Virus record (IMG/VR): IMGVR_UViG_3300046522_000316
Span: 128,001 to 192,000 of that record
DNA length: 64,000 nucleotides
Origin: a virus
Lineage: Duplodnaviria > Caudoviricetes
Strand: one strand, 5' to 3'
Of the stretch, positions 1 to 9,334 are shown one piece after another. Both the position numbers and the translations under genes were made by a program. The notes beneath the pieces were generated by a model. It was given only the letters and a program-made list of their open reading frames with translations. It made no database searches and had not been told where the DNA came from. Each line of letters starts with the position of its first letter. The first letter of the stretch is position 1.

Positions 1-99
1 AATACACTCGCTGAATATGTCGGCGTTTACCGGGAAGCGTTCATGCGTTTTGTGCAATACATCGGTGGTGTACTGACTGCACATAAGGAGTTTGCTTAA
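1..99 (+). CDS. 3' end of upstream CDS (truncated by window edge)
   Basis: Frame 1 is open from base 1 (NTLAEYVGVY...HKEFA) to TAA at 97-99, which overlaps the next ATG (TAATG). Confidence 0.6.
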   Translation, partial: NTLAEYVGVYREAFMRFVQYIGGVLTAHKEFA

Positions 100-452
100 T
101 GGATGTGAAAGTCCACCTCAAGGACATGGAAGCAGACGCGCTGACCCTGTGGAAAGTGGATGCTCCGATTACCTACAAGCGCCAGATTATGAAAGAGCTT
201 TACAATCTGATCCGGCTGCAACCAAACCAAACTGACGTGCGCCTTTTTAATGATCTGAAGCGCACGTGCTACAACGTGACACGCGTCGAATTTGACTGTG
301 CATTGGCCTCGCTGAAATATTTCGATGTGATCGGGATTCATCCCGTACCACTGGCAGAAGGCGATGTTTTCCACGTCAACCGGAAACGCCGCAGTGTCCC
401 GCTTTGGAGAAAATACTTAAAACAACTTGGGGCCGCTTCCGTGGCATCGTAG
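99..452 (+). CDS. hypothetical protein, directly upstream of helicase
   Basis: 117-aa ORF, coupled to the upstream stop, 10 nt before dnaB. No motif recognised. Confidence 0.75.
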   Translation: MDVKVHLKDMEADALTLWKVDAPITYKRQIMKELYNLIRLQPNQTDVRLFNDLKRTCYNVTRVEFDCALASLKYFDVIGIHPVPLAEGDVFHVNRKRRSVPLWRKYLKQLGAASVAS

Positions 453-462
453 TAGGTAAACT

Positions 463-1980
463 ATGCAGATTCACAGTCAGACCGCTGAACTCCGGGCGTT
501 GCTAACAGTAACGACCAAAAAGATGAACGAAGAACAGCGAACACTGTGGCTCGGCAAACTCAACAAGGATCATTTCTTCACGCCGGTGATGCGACAAGCT
601 TTCGAGCGAATCACATCGCTGGCGCGGAAGCGTTTCCAAATCGTCAGCTGGAAAAGTCTGATTGAAGACCCAAGCCTCGACGAAGACATTCGCGATATCT
701 TGTCAGAAACCAAGGAAAAACCTTGTCTCAAGAAATCGCAAATGCGGGAGACGCTGGAAACTCTTGAAGAGTTCCGCAAAATTCGAGTCATGCGAGACGT
801 TGCGAATCTTATTTATGAATCGCTCGAAGGCACGGCAGTTGATGCTGAAAACCTTCTGAACCGCGTCCAGCAGAACATTACGAAAGCCACCGCCGCTAAG
901 CATCAAGACATTTCTTTTCTGCGCTTCGGTAAGGATGCAAACAGTCGCGAAGTAACCGACCGTATCTGTCGTAACGAAACCATGCCCCGGATTAAAACGG
1001 GCATGGCCGCTTACGATTTGGCGAACGGCGGGTTTCCGGATTCTGGTGTGGTGTTTCTGGCCGCAACAACTTCCGGTGGTAAATCGACAGTCGCGATGAA
1101 CATCGCGCTGCACATGTTTTTGAATGAAAAGCTTAGCGTTTTCCGCGTCTCTCTCGAAATGCAGGAGATTCAAGAAACGCAGCGGATGTATTCCCACTTA
1201 ACCGGCATTCCGCTCAAGCGGTTCAAGCATGCCGTGTTGACCGAGGAAGACAAACGCAAAATCCGCAAGGTCGAAAAGGATCTTGCAAAGCATGGTGAAA
1301 AGCACGGTATCCACCAGACGATCCACTGCCCGAAAGGCGGATTGTCGATGGAAGAAACTTTGCAACTCGCCAAGCCGTTCGGCTACAAAATCATCGTGAT
1401 CGACTACATCGGTTTGTTGAACGAAGACAGCGGCAAAGATCAGTGGAAATCGCTGATGGATGCGGCGCGTATCGCGAAGAACTACACGCAAGAAACTGGC
1501 GCCCTCGTTATCCTGCTTGCACAGTTGGATGACGAAAAAGAAAGCATGCGTTATTCCAAAGGTATGAAGGAACACGCCGACGTTGTAATCCAGTGGAACT
1601 ATACCCGTCCGGAAAGTCGCGAAGTGCGCCTGATTCCAATGTTCGTTTCCAAAGACCGGGACGGTGAAACAAACTTCGGTTACGACCTCGAAGAACGTTT
1701 CGATATCATGACTGTATTTAACCCCGGCACGCAAAACGGCGGATCGGGTGGAGGAAACCTTGAGTTCGAAGATGACGACGGAGACAAAAAGCCGAAAAAG
1801 AAAAAGCTTAAAGACGGGTCAAGCAAAAAGCTCAAAGACTCCGACGACAAGCCGAAAAAGCTCAAGAAAAAAGGAACCAAGTCACTCAAAGAAGAACTCA
1901 ACCCCGGTAAAAAGAAAAAGAAATCTAAATCCAGCCCCAAATCCATCGGGTATGACGATGGGCCTGCCGCGCTCTCTTGA
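463..1980 (+). CDS. dnaB: DnaB-like replicative helicase with Lys-rich C-terminal tail
   Basis: Walker A FLAATTSGGKST, SLEM motif, Walker B IIVIDYIGLL, LLAQL, YSKGMKEHAD and Arg-finger KDRDG. The N-terminal helical domain is DnaB-like. Confidence 0.92.
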   Translation: MQIHSQTAELRALLTVTTKKMNEEQRTLWLGKLNKDHFFTPVMRQAFERITSLARKRFQIVSWKSLIEDPSLDEDIRDILSETKEKPCLKKSQMRETLETLEEFRKIRVMRDVANLIYESLEGTAVDAENLLNRVQQNITKATAAKHQDISFLRFGKDANSREVTDRICRNETMPRIKTGMAAYDLANGGFPDSGVVFLAATTSGGKSTVAMNIALHMFLNEKLSVFRVSLEMQEIQETQRMYSHLTGIPLKRFKHAVLTEEDKRKIRKVEKDLAKHGEKHGIHQTIHCPKGGLSMEETLQLAKPFGYKIIVIDYIGLLNEDSGKDQWKSLMDAARIAKNYTQETGALVILLAQLDDEKESMRYSKGMKEHADVVIQWNYTRPESREVRLIPMFVSKDRDGETNFGYDLEERFDIMTVFNPGTQNGGSGGGNLEFEDDDGDKKPKKKKLKDGSSKKLKDSDDKPKKLKKKGTKSLKEELNPGKKKKKSKSSPKSIGYDDGPAALS

Positions 1981-2707
1981 TAAGCTCACACGCGGCGAAC
2001 ACATCGACATTGTTGCAGGCAACACCCGCATAGGAACCCATGACGTTTTTCCAACGAAAAATGTTTTCCTTGTCGAACATCGACCGGTGCCAAACGGAGT
2101 CTTCCGTGCTGACCCGACCATCCCGCCATGGCGTTATGCAGACGCACTTGCCATGGACGTTCCATACGATGCCCCGCGCACTCGCCACGAAAATATTCAC
2201 TACTACGAAGAAAAAGAATCTCCGCTCGCAATGAACGAGTTCGAGGTTCCTGACTCTGAATTAGTGGATTTCAATTCGGAAGCATCGCGGGAACTGGAAC
2301 GCTACAAAAAACTCTTTTATAAAAACGCCGCGTCTCTCAGTGCTTTGCACGATGCGGCGGAATATGTTGAGGCTGCTTTGAGTAGCGGCCTCGATATCGA
2401 ACTCGACATGGACTTGGCGTTGCTCAACGCCTTTGTCCCGCTGTCCCGGCTCGACGCAATCGCAACCATGGCGCGTTCCACTTCTTTGACCGGAACGCAG
2501 CAAGAATCCTACATCGAAAAAGTCACTGCATTCCTTGCTGAAAAAACTGTCCACGCTCTCGATAAATACGACGCGGGTGTGGCTGCACGCAAGGGATTCG
2601 AACATGCTAAGGAACTGTATGCACGCGTACTTACGAAAGAACAGCAAACTACGCAGAATGCCGATCATCCGCAAACGATGTGGGGCATCCGAGGTACACG
2701 CAAATAA
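1952..2707 (+). CDS. hypothetical protein upstream of terL (terminase small subunit is possible but unsupported)
   Basis: The ORF track gives 1748-2707, which overlaps dnaB heavily. ATG 1952 (or 1958) is the more plausible start. The stop overlaps the terL ATG. Confidence 0.7.
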   Translation: MTMGLPRSLDKLTRGEHIDIVAGNTRIGTHDVFPTKNVFLVEHRPVPNGVFRADPTIPPWRYADALAMDVPYDAPRTRHENIHYYEEKESPLAMNEFEVPDSELVDFNSEASRELERYKKLFYKNAASLSALHDAAEYVEAALSSGLDIELDMDLALLNAFVPLSRLDAIATMARSTSLTGTQQESYIEKVTAFLAEKTVHALDKYDAGVAARKGFEHAKELYARVLTKEQQTTQNADHPQTMWGIRGTRK

Positions 2708-5607
2708 TGAAGATGAAGAAATCGAAAGGGGGCTTATTAGTCCCCGACAAGCGCATCATGGTGGCGCAGGATAATCCGTTCGATTACCTTCTGAATTTGA
2801 AGGAACACGGACGGGTTCCCGCCCACGATGACATTGAACACATGGGCAAGTCCGCCGCATCCATGATTACAAGTCTGGATGTGGATTCGGAAATCAATAT
2901 TTCGAAAACCATCCGCGAATTGATGGACTCGAAAGTTGTAATCCCGAAGGACATGAAAATCGACGACGGCGATTTGCCAGTCGCGAAAAACTTTTACGAA
3001 TGGGTCACGCAAGACAAATTCGGCACCATCGGTGATGAACGTCCATTCCTCGAACAATTGATTTGGGGCCTGATCGGATTCAACGACGTTTGTTATCAGT
3101 GTTCCGATATGCAGTGGTTGTTGCACGACCACAAAGTTGACGACACGTATTCAAAACTCGAACGGAAAGTCGCGCTGCTGGAAGAGGGCGTGTGTCCTCA
3201 CTGTCACCGTGGGCGCTCTGAAGCCGTCAACGCGGGCGTGATGCCGTACTACAACGAACTGGCAATCAACGCCGGGCAGCGTTGCGTAATCGGCAGCACA
3301 CCAGTTCTATCGCAGCATGGCCTGCTGCATATCGACGAAGTTTATCCGGGGGCACCAAACGGATTTACTGAATTCGAAACACCAATTCACAACGGCCAAC
3401 AATTTGAAACCACGTCGCATTATTTCGTCGCTGAGCCAGAAATGGTTTATCGGGTTAATACTGCACGTGGTTTTGCTGTTACTGGCACAGCTGATCACCC
3501 TATCGACACGGAATTTGGTTTCGTGAAAATTGGTGAACTGGTGCCGAACACGCAGCTGGAAATTCACTACGGCCAAAGGATCTTCGGCCAAGGTGTGTTG
3601 CGTGATGCTCGCCAAATGGGCAGCAACTTTTTCAATACAATTCTTCCGCTGCGAATACGCACATCGTGCGAAGCGGATGTAATCAAATTTCTGCAAGGCC
3701 TCTTCCGCGAAGCGCGGCGCGTATTTGTGGGCACCGAAGCCCTACGCGACGTTAGCGCACTTCTCCTGAATGCTGGTTATCCTCACACGATTGACGGCCC
3801 AGCAATTCAACTCGAAAACGCCACGTTCGAAAATCTGAAAACAGATGCTTGGACTTCCGGCACATTCACCGATCAAATCACAGAAATTTCTGAGTTCGGC
3901 GTTCTTCCTACCTACGATTTCACTCTGCCGGAAACGCACCAGTTCATCACTGGCGGTATTCTTTCGCACAACTCCGGTAAATCCCACACCGTGGGCACGT
4001 ATCTAGCGCCCTATCACTTGCACCGATTGCTGAAGCTGCAAAAGCCTGCGCAGTTCTACGGCCTGTCGCGTACCACGATGCTGCAAGGCACGTTCGCGGC
4101 CCTGACCTACACGCAAGCAAAGGATACTTTGTGGACGCCGTTCTATGGCGCGCTCATTGAGTCCGCATGGTTCAAGCAATACCACGGGATGCTCAAGCAT
4201 TACGAAAACGTTTATGGCGAACGTCTTTTCAAACTGACGGATACCTTCGTTGACTACCGCGTTCGGGGACTCCAATATCACCCGATGGGGCCAGACAAGC
4301 GGGTAATGCGGGGACGTACTCGCGTCTTTTTCTCAATCGACGAAATTGCATACTTCGACGCTGAAAAAGATAGTGGCAAAGTGAAAATCAACGCCTACGA
4401 AGTTTACGATGCATTGGCGAACAGCTTGCTTACCGTGCGCGGTGCGGCTGAACAGTTGATTCAACGTGGCTTCGACGACGTGCTAAGTGCCTACGCGATG
4501 AACGTAAGTTCTCCGACCGCAAAAAACGACATGATTCACGTGCTGTTGGATCGTGCGAAAGAATCCCAATCCATTTACGGGATTCACAGGCCAACGTGGG
4601 AAGTAAACCCGAACTTCAAACGCACTTCCAAAGTTATTGTCGATGCATACCGCAAAGATCCGGAATCTGCTGAAAAGAACTTTGGCGCAAACCCTCCGCT
4701 TATTGCAAACCCATTCCTCGCGAACCATAAATTCATCATGGATACCGAGGACACGACAAGAAAGAATCCGATTCGACTTGTCACGCGTTTCAAGAACAGC
4801 AAGAAACTCGGCCAGTCGCAGATGTACGCGGAAATCGCGAAAATCAAGAAGTGTGGTCGGCCTTCCATTCTGGCTATTGACGCCGGGGAAAAAGACAACA
4901 GCTTTTCGATGTGCGGCGGCACCCTCGACGAAGACTTTAATTTAAACGTAGACCTTGTTTGCGAAATCATTCCACTGCCCGGCTATCGGATCAACTTTTC
5001 GATGGTTTATTCGGAAGTGATATTGCCAATCATGCAGGCACGTAACGTAAAGGTGTTGCTGGCTGACCGCTGGAACTCCCGAACGTTTTTGAGTGATGCG
5101 GAAGGCGATATGGGTGATCCGGACGACGATTCGGACACACCGAGTTTTATTGCTAAACAATACAGCCTGAAATACGTGGACATGGTGGGCGTCAGAACAC
5201 GAATGGAACAGGGCCAAGTCCGCTTACCCAAATCCGAAATCAAGGTTAACACTTTGATCGACGCAATTGATTCAAACTACCGTGAGTTCTACCACGAAAA
5301 ACCAGTGGCTCATTTGTACAAACAGATGTTTACCATTCGCGACCAATTAAAAGGTGTTGGTAAAGGCGATGGGTATACCGATGATAACTGGCGAGCGATG
5401 GCCCTGCTGTTGTGGGGTTTGATGGAAGAGGAATTTATGGCTCTGCTTATGGCGGAACCTATCAACATGACTCTAGCGCGCCCTAACGCATTGGCTGCTT
5501 CGAAACTTGGCGCAGGCGGTGGCGGATCGGTTGGCAATGGTGGCGGGGGCCTGACCACACAAAACGGCGCACCACTCATGATCATGAGTTCCGGTCGCGG
5601 TCGTTAA
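2707..5607 (+). CDS. terL: terminase large subunit, intein-containing
   Basis: After removing the intein, Walker A reads AINAGQR/SGKS. Walker B FFSIDEIAYF; C-terminal RNase H-like nuclease ILAIDAGEKD...YTDDNWRA. Start taken at ATG 2707 overlapping the upstream TAA. Confidence 0.92.
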   Translation: MKMKKSKGGLLVPDKRIMVAQDNPFDYLLNLKEHGRVPAHDDIEHMGKSAASMITSLDVDSEINISKTIRELMDSKVVIPKDMKIDDGDLPVAKNFYEWVTQDKFGTIGDERPFLEQLIWGLIGFNDVCYQCSDMQWLLHDHKVDDTYSKLERKVALLEEGVCPHCHRGRSEAVNAGVMPYYNELAINAGQRCVIGSTPVLSQHGLLHIDEVYPGAPNGFTEFETPIHNGQQFETTSHYFVAEPEMVYRVNTARGFAVTGTADHPIDTEFGFVKIGELVPNTQLEIHYGQRIFGQGVLRDARQMGSNFFNTILPLRIRTSCEADVIKFLQGLFREARRVFVGTEALRDVSALLLNAGYPHTIDGPAIQLENATFENLKTDAWTSGTFTDQITEISEFGVLPTYDFTLPETHQFITGGILSHNSGKSHTVGTYLAPYHLHRLLKLQKPAQFYGLSRTTMLQGTFAALTYTQAKDTLWTPFYGALIESAWFKQYHGMLKHYENVYGERLFKLTDTFVDYRVRGLQYHPMGPDKRVMRGRTRVFFSIDEIAYFDAEKDSGKVKINAYEVYDALANSLLTVRGAAEQLIQRGFDDVLSAYAMNVSSPTAKNDMIHVLLDRAKESQSIYGIHRPTWEVNPNFKRTSKVIVDAYRKDPESAEKNFGANPPLIANPFLANHKFIMDTEDTTRKNPIRLVTRFKNSKKLGQSQMYAEIAKIKKCGRPSILAIDAGEKDNSFSMCGGTLDEDFNLNVDLVCEIIPLPGYRINFSMVYSEVILPIMQARNVKVLLADRWNSRTFLSDAEGDMGDPDDDSDTPSFIAKQYSLKYVDMVGVRTRMEQGQVRLPKSEIKVNTLIDAIDSNYREFYHEKPVAHLYKQMFTIRDQLKGVGKGDGYTDDNWRAMALLLWGLMEEEFMALLMAEPINMTLARPNALAASKLGAGGGGSVGNGGGGLTTQNGAPLMIMSSGRGR
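3283..3972 (+). mobile_element. intein (230 aa) with degenerate LAGLIDADG remnant, in terL
   Basis: Block A CVIGSTPVLSQHG, block B TGTADHP (TxxH), block F TYDFTLPETHQF, terminal ILSHN followed by Ser at +1. Confidence 0.93.
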
Positions 5608-5610
5608 ATA

Positions 5611-5646
5611 CGGCGCTCCATTTGGGGCGCTGTTTACTTTCTTTTT
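5611..5646 (+). terminator. intrinsic terminator after terL
   Basis: Stem CGGCGCTCC-attt-GGGGCGCTG followed by TTTACTTTCTTTTT. Confidence 0.75.
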
Positions 5647-5699
5647 GCTGGTGACTATTATGAAAACTTTGCATCCCAAGATTTTCGAGGAATTCCCTA

Positions 5700-6716
5700 A
5701 TGTCACTAAACCTGACGCAGTTCAAATGGTTTCAGTATGACGAAAAAGCGGCGGAACTGGTTTTCGATCAGGATCGCCACAACGAAGACTACGTGCTGGA
5801 ACTTCACCCCGGAAATATCTACGGTGTAAAGAAACGCGCACATGGCATTTTCGTCGTACACAAAAACAGTCCTGATATTCAGTTCTCGCTGAACGATCAG
5901 GAATACACGCGCATCGTTATGCATTCCAAGGGCTGGTCTGGAAAGATCAAGCGCCAAGAAGTGAAAGCGGGCGTCGGTGGACTCGACAAACCCGTAACCG
6001 AACTGCCTGCCGGTTGGGTTCGGATGGACGTTGATAGCTCCAACCTCAACACCGTTATTTACGACAAGAAACGAAAAGTTTTGTACGTTGCATTCCACAA
6101 CGGCGCGTCGTGGGCCTACGAGAATGTTTCGCTGAAAGAATACAAGGAAATGGAAGCCGCTGAATCGCGTGGCCGTTTCTTTATTTACCGAATCAAATAC
6201 GTGAAGCCTCAATACAAACTGGGGAACAACTTCGACCAACCGCCATACGACGTTGAGAAAACCAGCCCGAGCATTATGGTTCCGAATCCAGCCGAGAAAA
6301 ATAAACCGGTGGAAGAAAAATCTGTAAAGGAACCTAAGAAGACTGCGAAAAAACCGGCTGCAAAACCGGGTCACGCAGCTTTGAAAATTCCGAAGGGCGC
6401 ACTCGATACGTGGATGGGTTCTGAGGAAGGTTCGTTCGAGGATCACCACGTCGGCAATAAGCCACCTGATCACCACGTTTTTAAAATCTTGCAAAGCGGC
6501 AAGATCGAAAAAGAAGCTGACGTTTTCGCCCTGTTGAAATCCCTGAAGAACAGTTCGTTTGTGGCGGCAGATAAGCGCGCATTTAACACCGCCGCTAAAT
6601 CGCTGCTGTCGATTACCGACGAATATCCTTTCTCGGAAGCAGGCGTGAAAGAGTATCGCGCAGCACGCAACACGATTCTGGATATGATCAAGAAATCCGC
6701 ACTCAATTTTATGTAG
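5700..6716 (+). CDS. KTSC-domain protein
   Basis: Central segment VDSSNLNTVIYDKKRKVLYVAFHNGASWAYENVSLKEYKEMEAAESRGRFF fits the KTSC consensus (SS.I..vgYD....L.V.F..G..Y.Y..V....y..l..A.S.G.ff). Confidence 0.8.
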   Translation: MSLNLTQFKWFQYDEKAAELVFDQDRHNEDYVLELHPGNIYGVKKRAHGIFVVHKNSPDIQFSLNDQEYTRIVMHSKGWSGKIKRQEVKAGVGGLDKPVTELPAGWVRMDVDSSNLNTVIYDKKRKVLYVAFHNGASWAYENVSLKEYKEMEAAESRGRFFIYRIKYVKPQYKLGNNFDQPPYDVEKTSPSIMVPNPAEKNKPVEEKSVKEPKKTAKKPAAKPGHAALKIPKGALDTWMGSEEGSFEDHHVGNKPPDHHVFKILQSGKIEKEADVFALLKSLKNSSFVAADKRAFNTAAKSLLSITDEYPFSEAGVKEYRAARNTILDMIKKSALNFM

Positions 6717-6723
6717 GAAGAAA

Positions 6724-7362
6724 ATGCCAATCCTAGCCGATGCACTGGTTGAGCCAATCAAAGAAGACGAAGGCCGTTATTTGCAGATGATTGCAGACGG
6801 CGACCTTGAAGAGTCCGAGCCATTTGGTTTTATGGGAATCGGATACAAACTTTACGTGGGCACTGATCGTTACGTTCCGGGCCTGTCGAACTGTCGGTTG
6901 GTCGTCCTGTTCAAAGGCGAAGATTGTGTTTATTCCTGCTATTTCAAAATGGCGGAAAACCAATACTTCGGAAATCGCGTGGTGCAGGTTGAGGTTCGGC
7001 AGTCTCCATCGTTGCCGGGCCTTGCGCGTTCCATGATGCGCAATTATTTCCTGCGTTTTTATGATTCGATTCGCACGGATCTTTCAAGCACACCGCAAGG
7101 CCGCAATATGTGGCAGCAGTTCTACACGGATTATCGGAAAGCCGGTGACGTGTATTTTTATCAAGGGTTGGTAAATATCGACCTGCGCAAATCGGACGGG
7201 TCGAATAATCAAGATGCATCCTGTCCAGAGGTGGTAACTCACTTGCGCGCCATGCGCAACGCCTGCACCGTACTGCGTGAAGGGATGTGGCACGACAATA
7301 AAGAGGGTAACGTTATTGTTATCTACGCATCCAACAAACCTCTATGGACAAAAGATCAATGA
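6724..7362 (+). CDS. hypothetical protein, possible divergent GNAT-like fold
   Basis: VVQVEVRQSPSLPGLARSMM...IRTDLSSTPQGRNMW resembles the phage GNAT-like pattern G.A..l....l.SD..qT..G..lW. Inference only. Confidence 0.55.
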   Translation: MPILADALVEPIKEDEGRYLQMIADGDLEESEPFGFMGIGYKLYVGTDRYVPGLSNCRLVVLFKGEDCVYSCYFKMAENQYFGNRVVQVEVRQSPSLPGLARSMMRNYFLRFYDSIRTDLSSTPQGRNMWQQFYTDYRKAGDVYFYQGLVNIDLRKSDGSNNQDASCPEVVTHLRAMRNACTVLREGMWHDNKEGNVIVIYASNKPLWTKDQ

Positions 7363-9299
7363 AACTACGAAAAACGAACCGGGTTCCAATCGGTCAAGCG
7401 CCAGCTAATCGCGCCCCGCAAGCGATGGGTACTGCAAAGCAGTATTACCCGAAAACCAATCAGCAAAAGATTGACGATTATCTGGCAACGGCAGGCAGCG
7501 GCGGCAACGCGCAAATGTCTCAGATGCCGATTGAAATCGACATTGATCCGATGCTGAAAGATATCGTGTTTTCCGAAGACCTTGAACAGAAAAAACTGGT
7601 CATGCGGATTTACACGGACATGTATTACAACGATTCCATCGGCGGTTCCATTGTCGATATCAAATCGCAGCTGATGTTCTCCGACTTCACCATTTCCGGA
7701 ATCATGGATCGCCGGGTGATGGATGATTTCATGGAAAACGTTGATCGTCTGGATATCCGCAACCTGATGCCCGACGTGGCAATCGACTACAACGTAAAAG
7801 GCGGTTTCATCGGATCGCTTTTGTACAACGAAAAATCGCAAGTGTTCTCGCGGATCATGCCGCACGCGTATGAAAACACAAAGATCGACATGCTGCCTTT
7901 CCACGGCACCGATCCGCTGATCACTGTAGCGTTTCCCGAATACATCCGGGCGACCATGGCTTCCGATAGTCCGCGTGTAAAAGCACTGCGTGAATTCCTC
8001 GGCGCCGACGTGATGAAACAGCTTTCGAACGAAGCGTTAGAACTCGACCAGAAATCCACCGTTTACGTTCCGCGCCGTTCCGGTTCCAGTTCAACGGGCA
8101 CCAGTTATTACCGTCGAATCATGCCGTGGTATTTGCTGGAGAAAAACCTTTTCCGTGGCACGTTGGTACGAAGTGCAATGCGTCAAAAGGGTATTCTGCA
8201 CGTAACGCTCGACGGCGCTGGCGAATGGGAACCAACACTGGCCGACATGCAGGCCGTGATGGATATGTTCATGAACGCCGATGCTGACCCGGTAGGCGCC
8301 GTGGTTGCAACGCGTGGCGGTATTTCCACTGAGGAAATTCGTGACCCACAAGGCGGTTGGACAATCTTCGATAACAAAGATGCAATCGACTCGATTAAAA
8401 TGAAAGCACTCGGTATTTCCGATGCATTCCTTTCGGGTGACGCGACTTATGCGAACGGCGATACTTCGACCTCTTTCTTTATCGACGCAATTCGTACCGA
8501 ACGTGATTGGCTGACCCGCAAGACTTTGTACAGCCGCATTTTCCCGATGATTTCCGCGTTGAAAGGCTACACGCTGAACCGCGACGGGAAATTGATTACT
8601 CGCGGTAACAGCCTCGACAAACTCGATCCAATGGGCAGTTTCGAACGACTCAACGACGGCACCCGTTTGTTGATTCCGACGATCCATTGGGAAAAGACTT
8701 TGCAGCCTGAAGGCGATCAGCAATACATGGATATGCTGCAAGCCATGTCGGATAAAGGCGTACCGGTTCCACTGCGCGTTATGGCGGCAGCTGGTGGCCT
8801 GAACCTTGACCGTTTGTTGGCCGGTCAGGATTCCGATTTGTTGGCGCAAGAATCGCTTTATCAATACCAAAAGAAAATCAAAGATTTGAAAAAGAAATAC
8901 GGTATTGATGACGCTGGCGATATGGGCGGCGGTGGCATGGGCGGTGGCGGTTTCGCTTCTACTGCATCCAGCTACGATCAGCAATTGATGCACATGGCCC
9001 GCACTAATCCCGGTTTGTTCGAAGCATTCCGCGCACAGGCACAATCCATTTATAACCAGAACCTCGACAATACGCATTCCGATGTATTGGCCCGCAACAA
9101 TGGTCAAATCGTTGGTTTGGCGAATCGCGAATTCGGTGAAATGGGCGATGCTTACGGCTATTCGCATGACGGCAAAAAGAAACATTTGACCAATCAAAAG
9201 TTGGCGAAAGAACGTCAGAACGAAAAGATCGTTAAATTCCTTCGGGATCGTGATGCTCGTACCGGCGTCGGTGCAAAGCGTTCGCGCACTCGTTTGTAA
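7359..9299 (+). CDS. portal protein
   Basis: 646-aa helical protein two genes after terL. ALGISDAFLSGDATYAN resembles the portal core. Start ATG 7359 overlaps the upstream TGA. Confidence 0.75.
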   Translation: MKLRKTNRVPIGQAPANRAPQAMGTAKQYYPKTNQQKIDDYLATAGSGGNAQMSQMPIEIDIDPMLKDIVFSEDLEQKKLVMRIYTDMYYNDSIGGSIVDIKSQLMFSDFTISGIMDRRVMDDFMENVDRLDIRNLMPDVAIDYNVKGGFIGSLLYNEKSQVFSRIMPHAYENTKIDMLPFHGTDPLITVAFPEYIRATMASDSPRVKALREFLGADVMKQLSNEALELDQKSTVYVPRRSGSSSTGTSYYRRIMPWYLLEKNLFRGTLVRSAMRQKGILHVTLDGAGEWEPTLADMQAVMDMFMNADADPVGAVVATRGGISTEEIRDPQGGWTIFDNKDAIDSIKMKALGISDAFLSGDATYANGDTSTSFFIDAIRTERDWLTRKTLYSRIFPMISALKGYTLNRDGKLITRGNSLDKLDPMGSFERLNDGTRLLIPTIHWEKTLQPEGDQQYMDMLQAMSDKGVPVPLRVMAAAGGLNLDRLLAGQDSDLLAQESLYQYQKKIKDLKKKYGIDDAGDMGGGGMGGGGFASTASSYDQQLMHMARTNPGLFEAFRAQAQSIYNQNLDNTHSDVLARNNGQIVGLANREFGEMGDAYGYSHDGKKKHLTNQKLAKERQNEKIVKFLRDRDARTGVGAKRSRTRL

Positions 9300-9320
9300 T
9301 TTATTCATAGCAGCCAAAAA

Positions 9321-9334
9321 CTGTAAATAATGTA
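9321..9334 (+). promoter_or_regulatory. candidate phage promoter element CTGTAAATAATGTA
   Basis: An exact 14-bp copy occurs at 37051-37064 on the minus strand. Both copies are intergenic and upstream of a gene. The core resembles T4 late TATAAATA. Confidence 0.55.

Noticed and set aside
463-1980. Intein in DnaB (a common intein host)
   Set aside because: Helicase motifs are contiguous at normal spacing. The extra length is the C-terminal Lys-rich tail.
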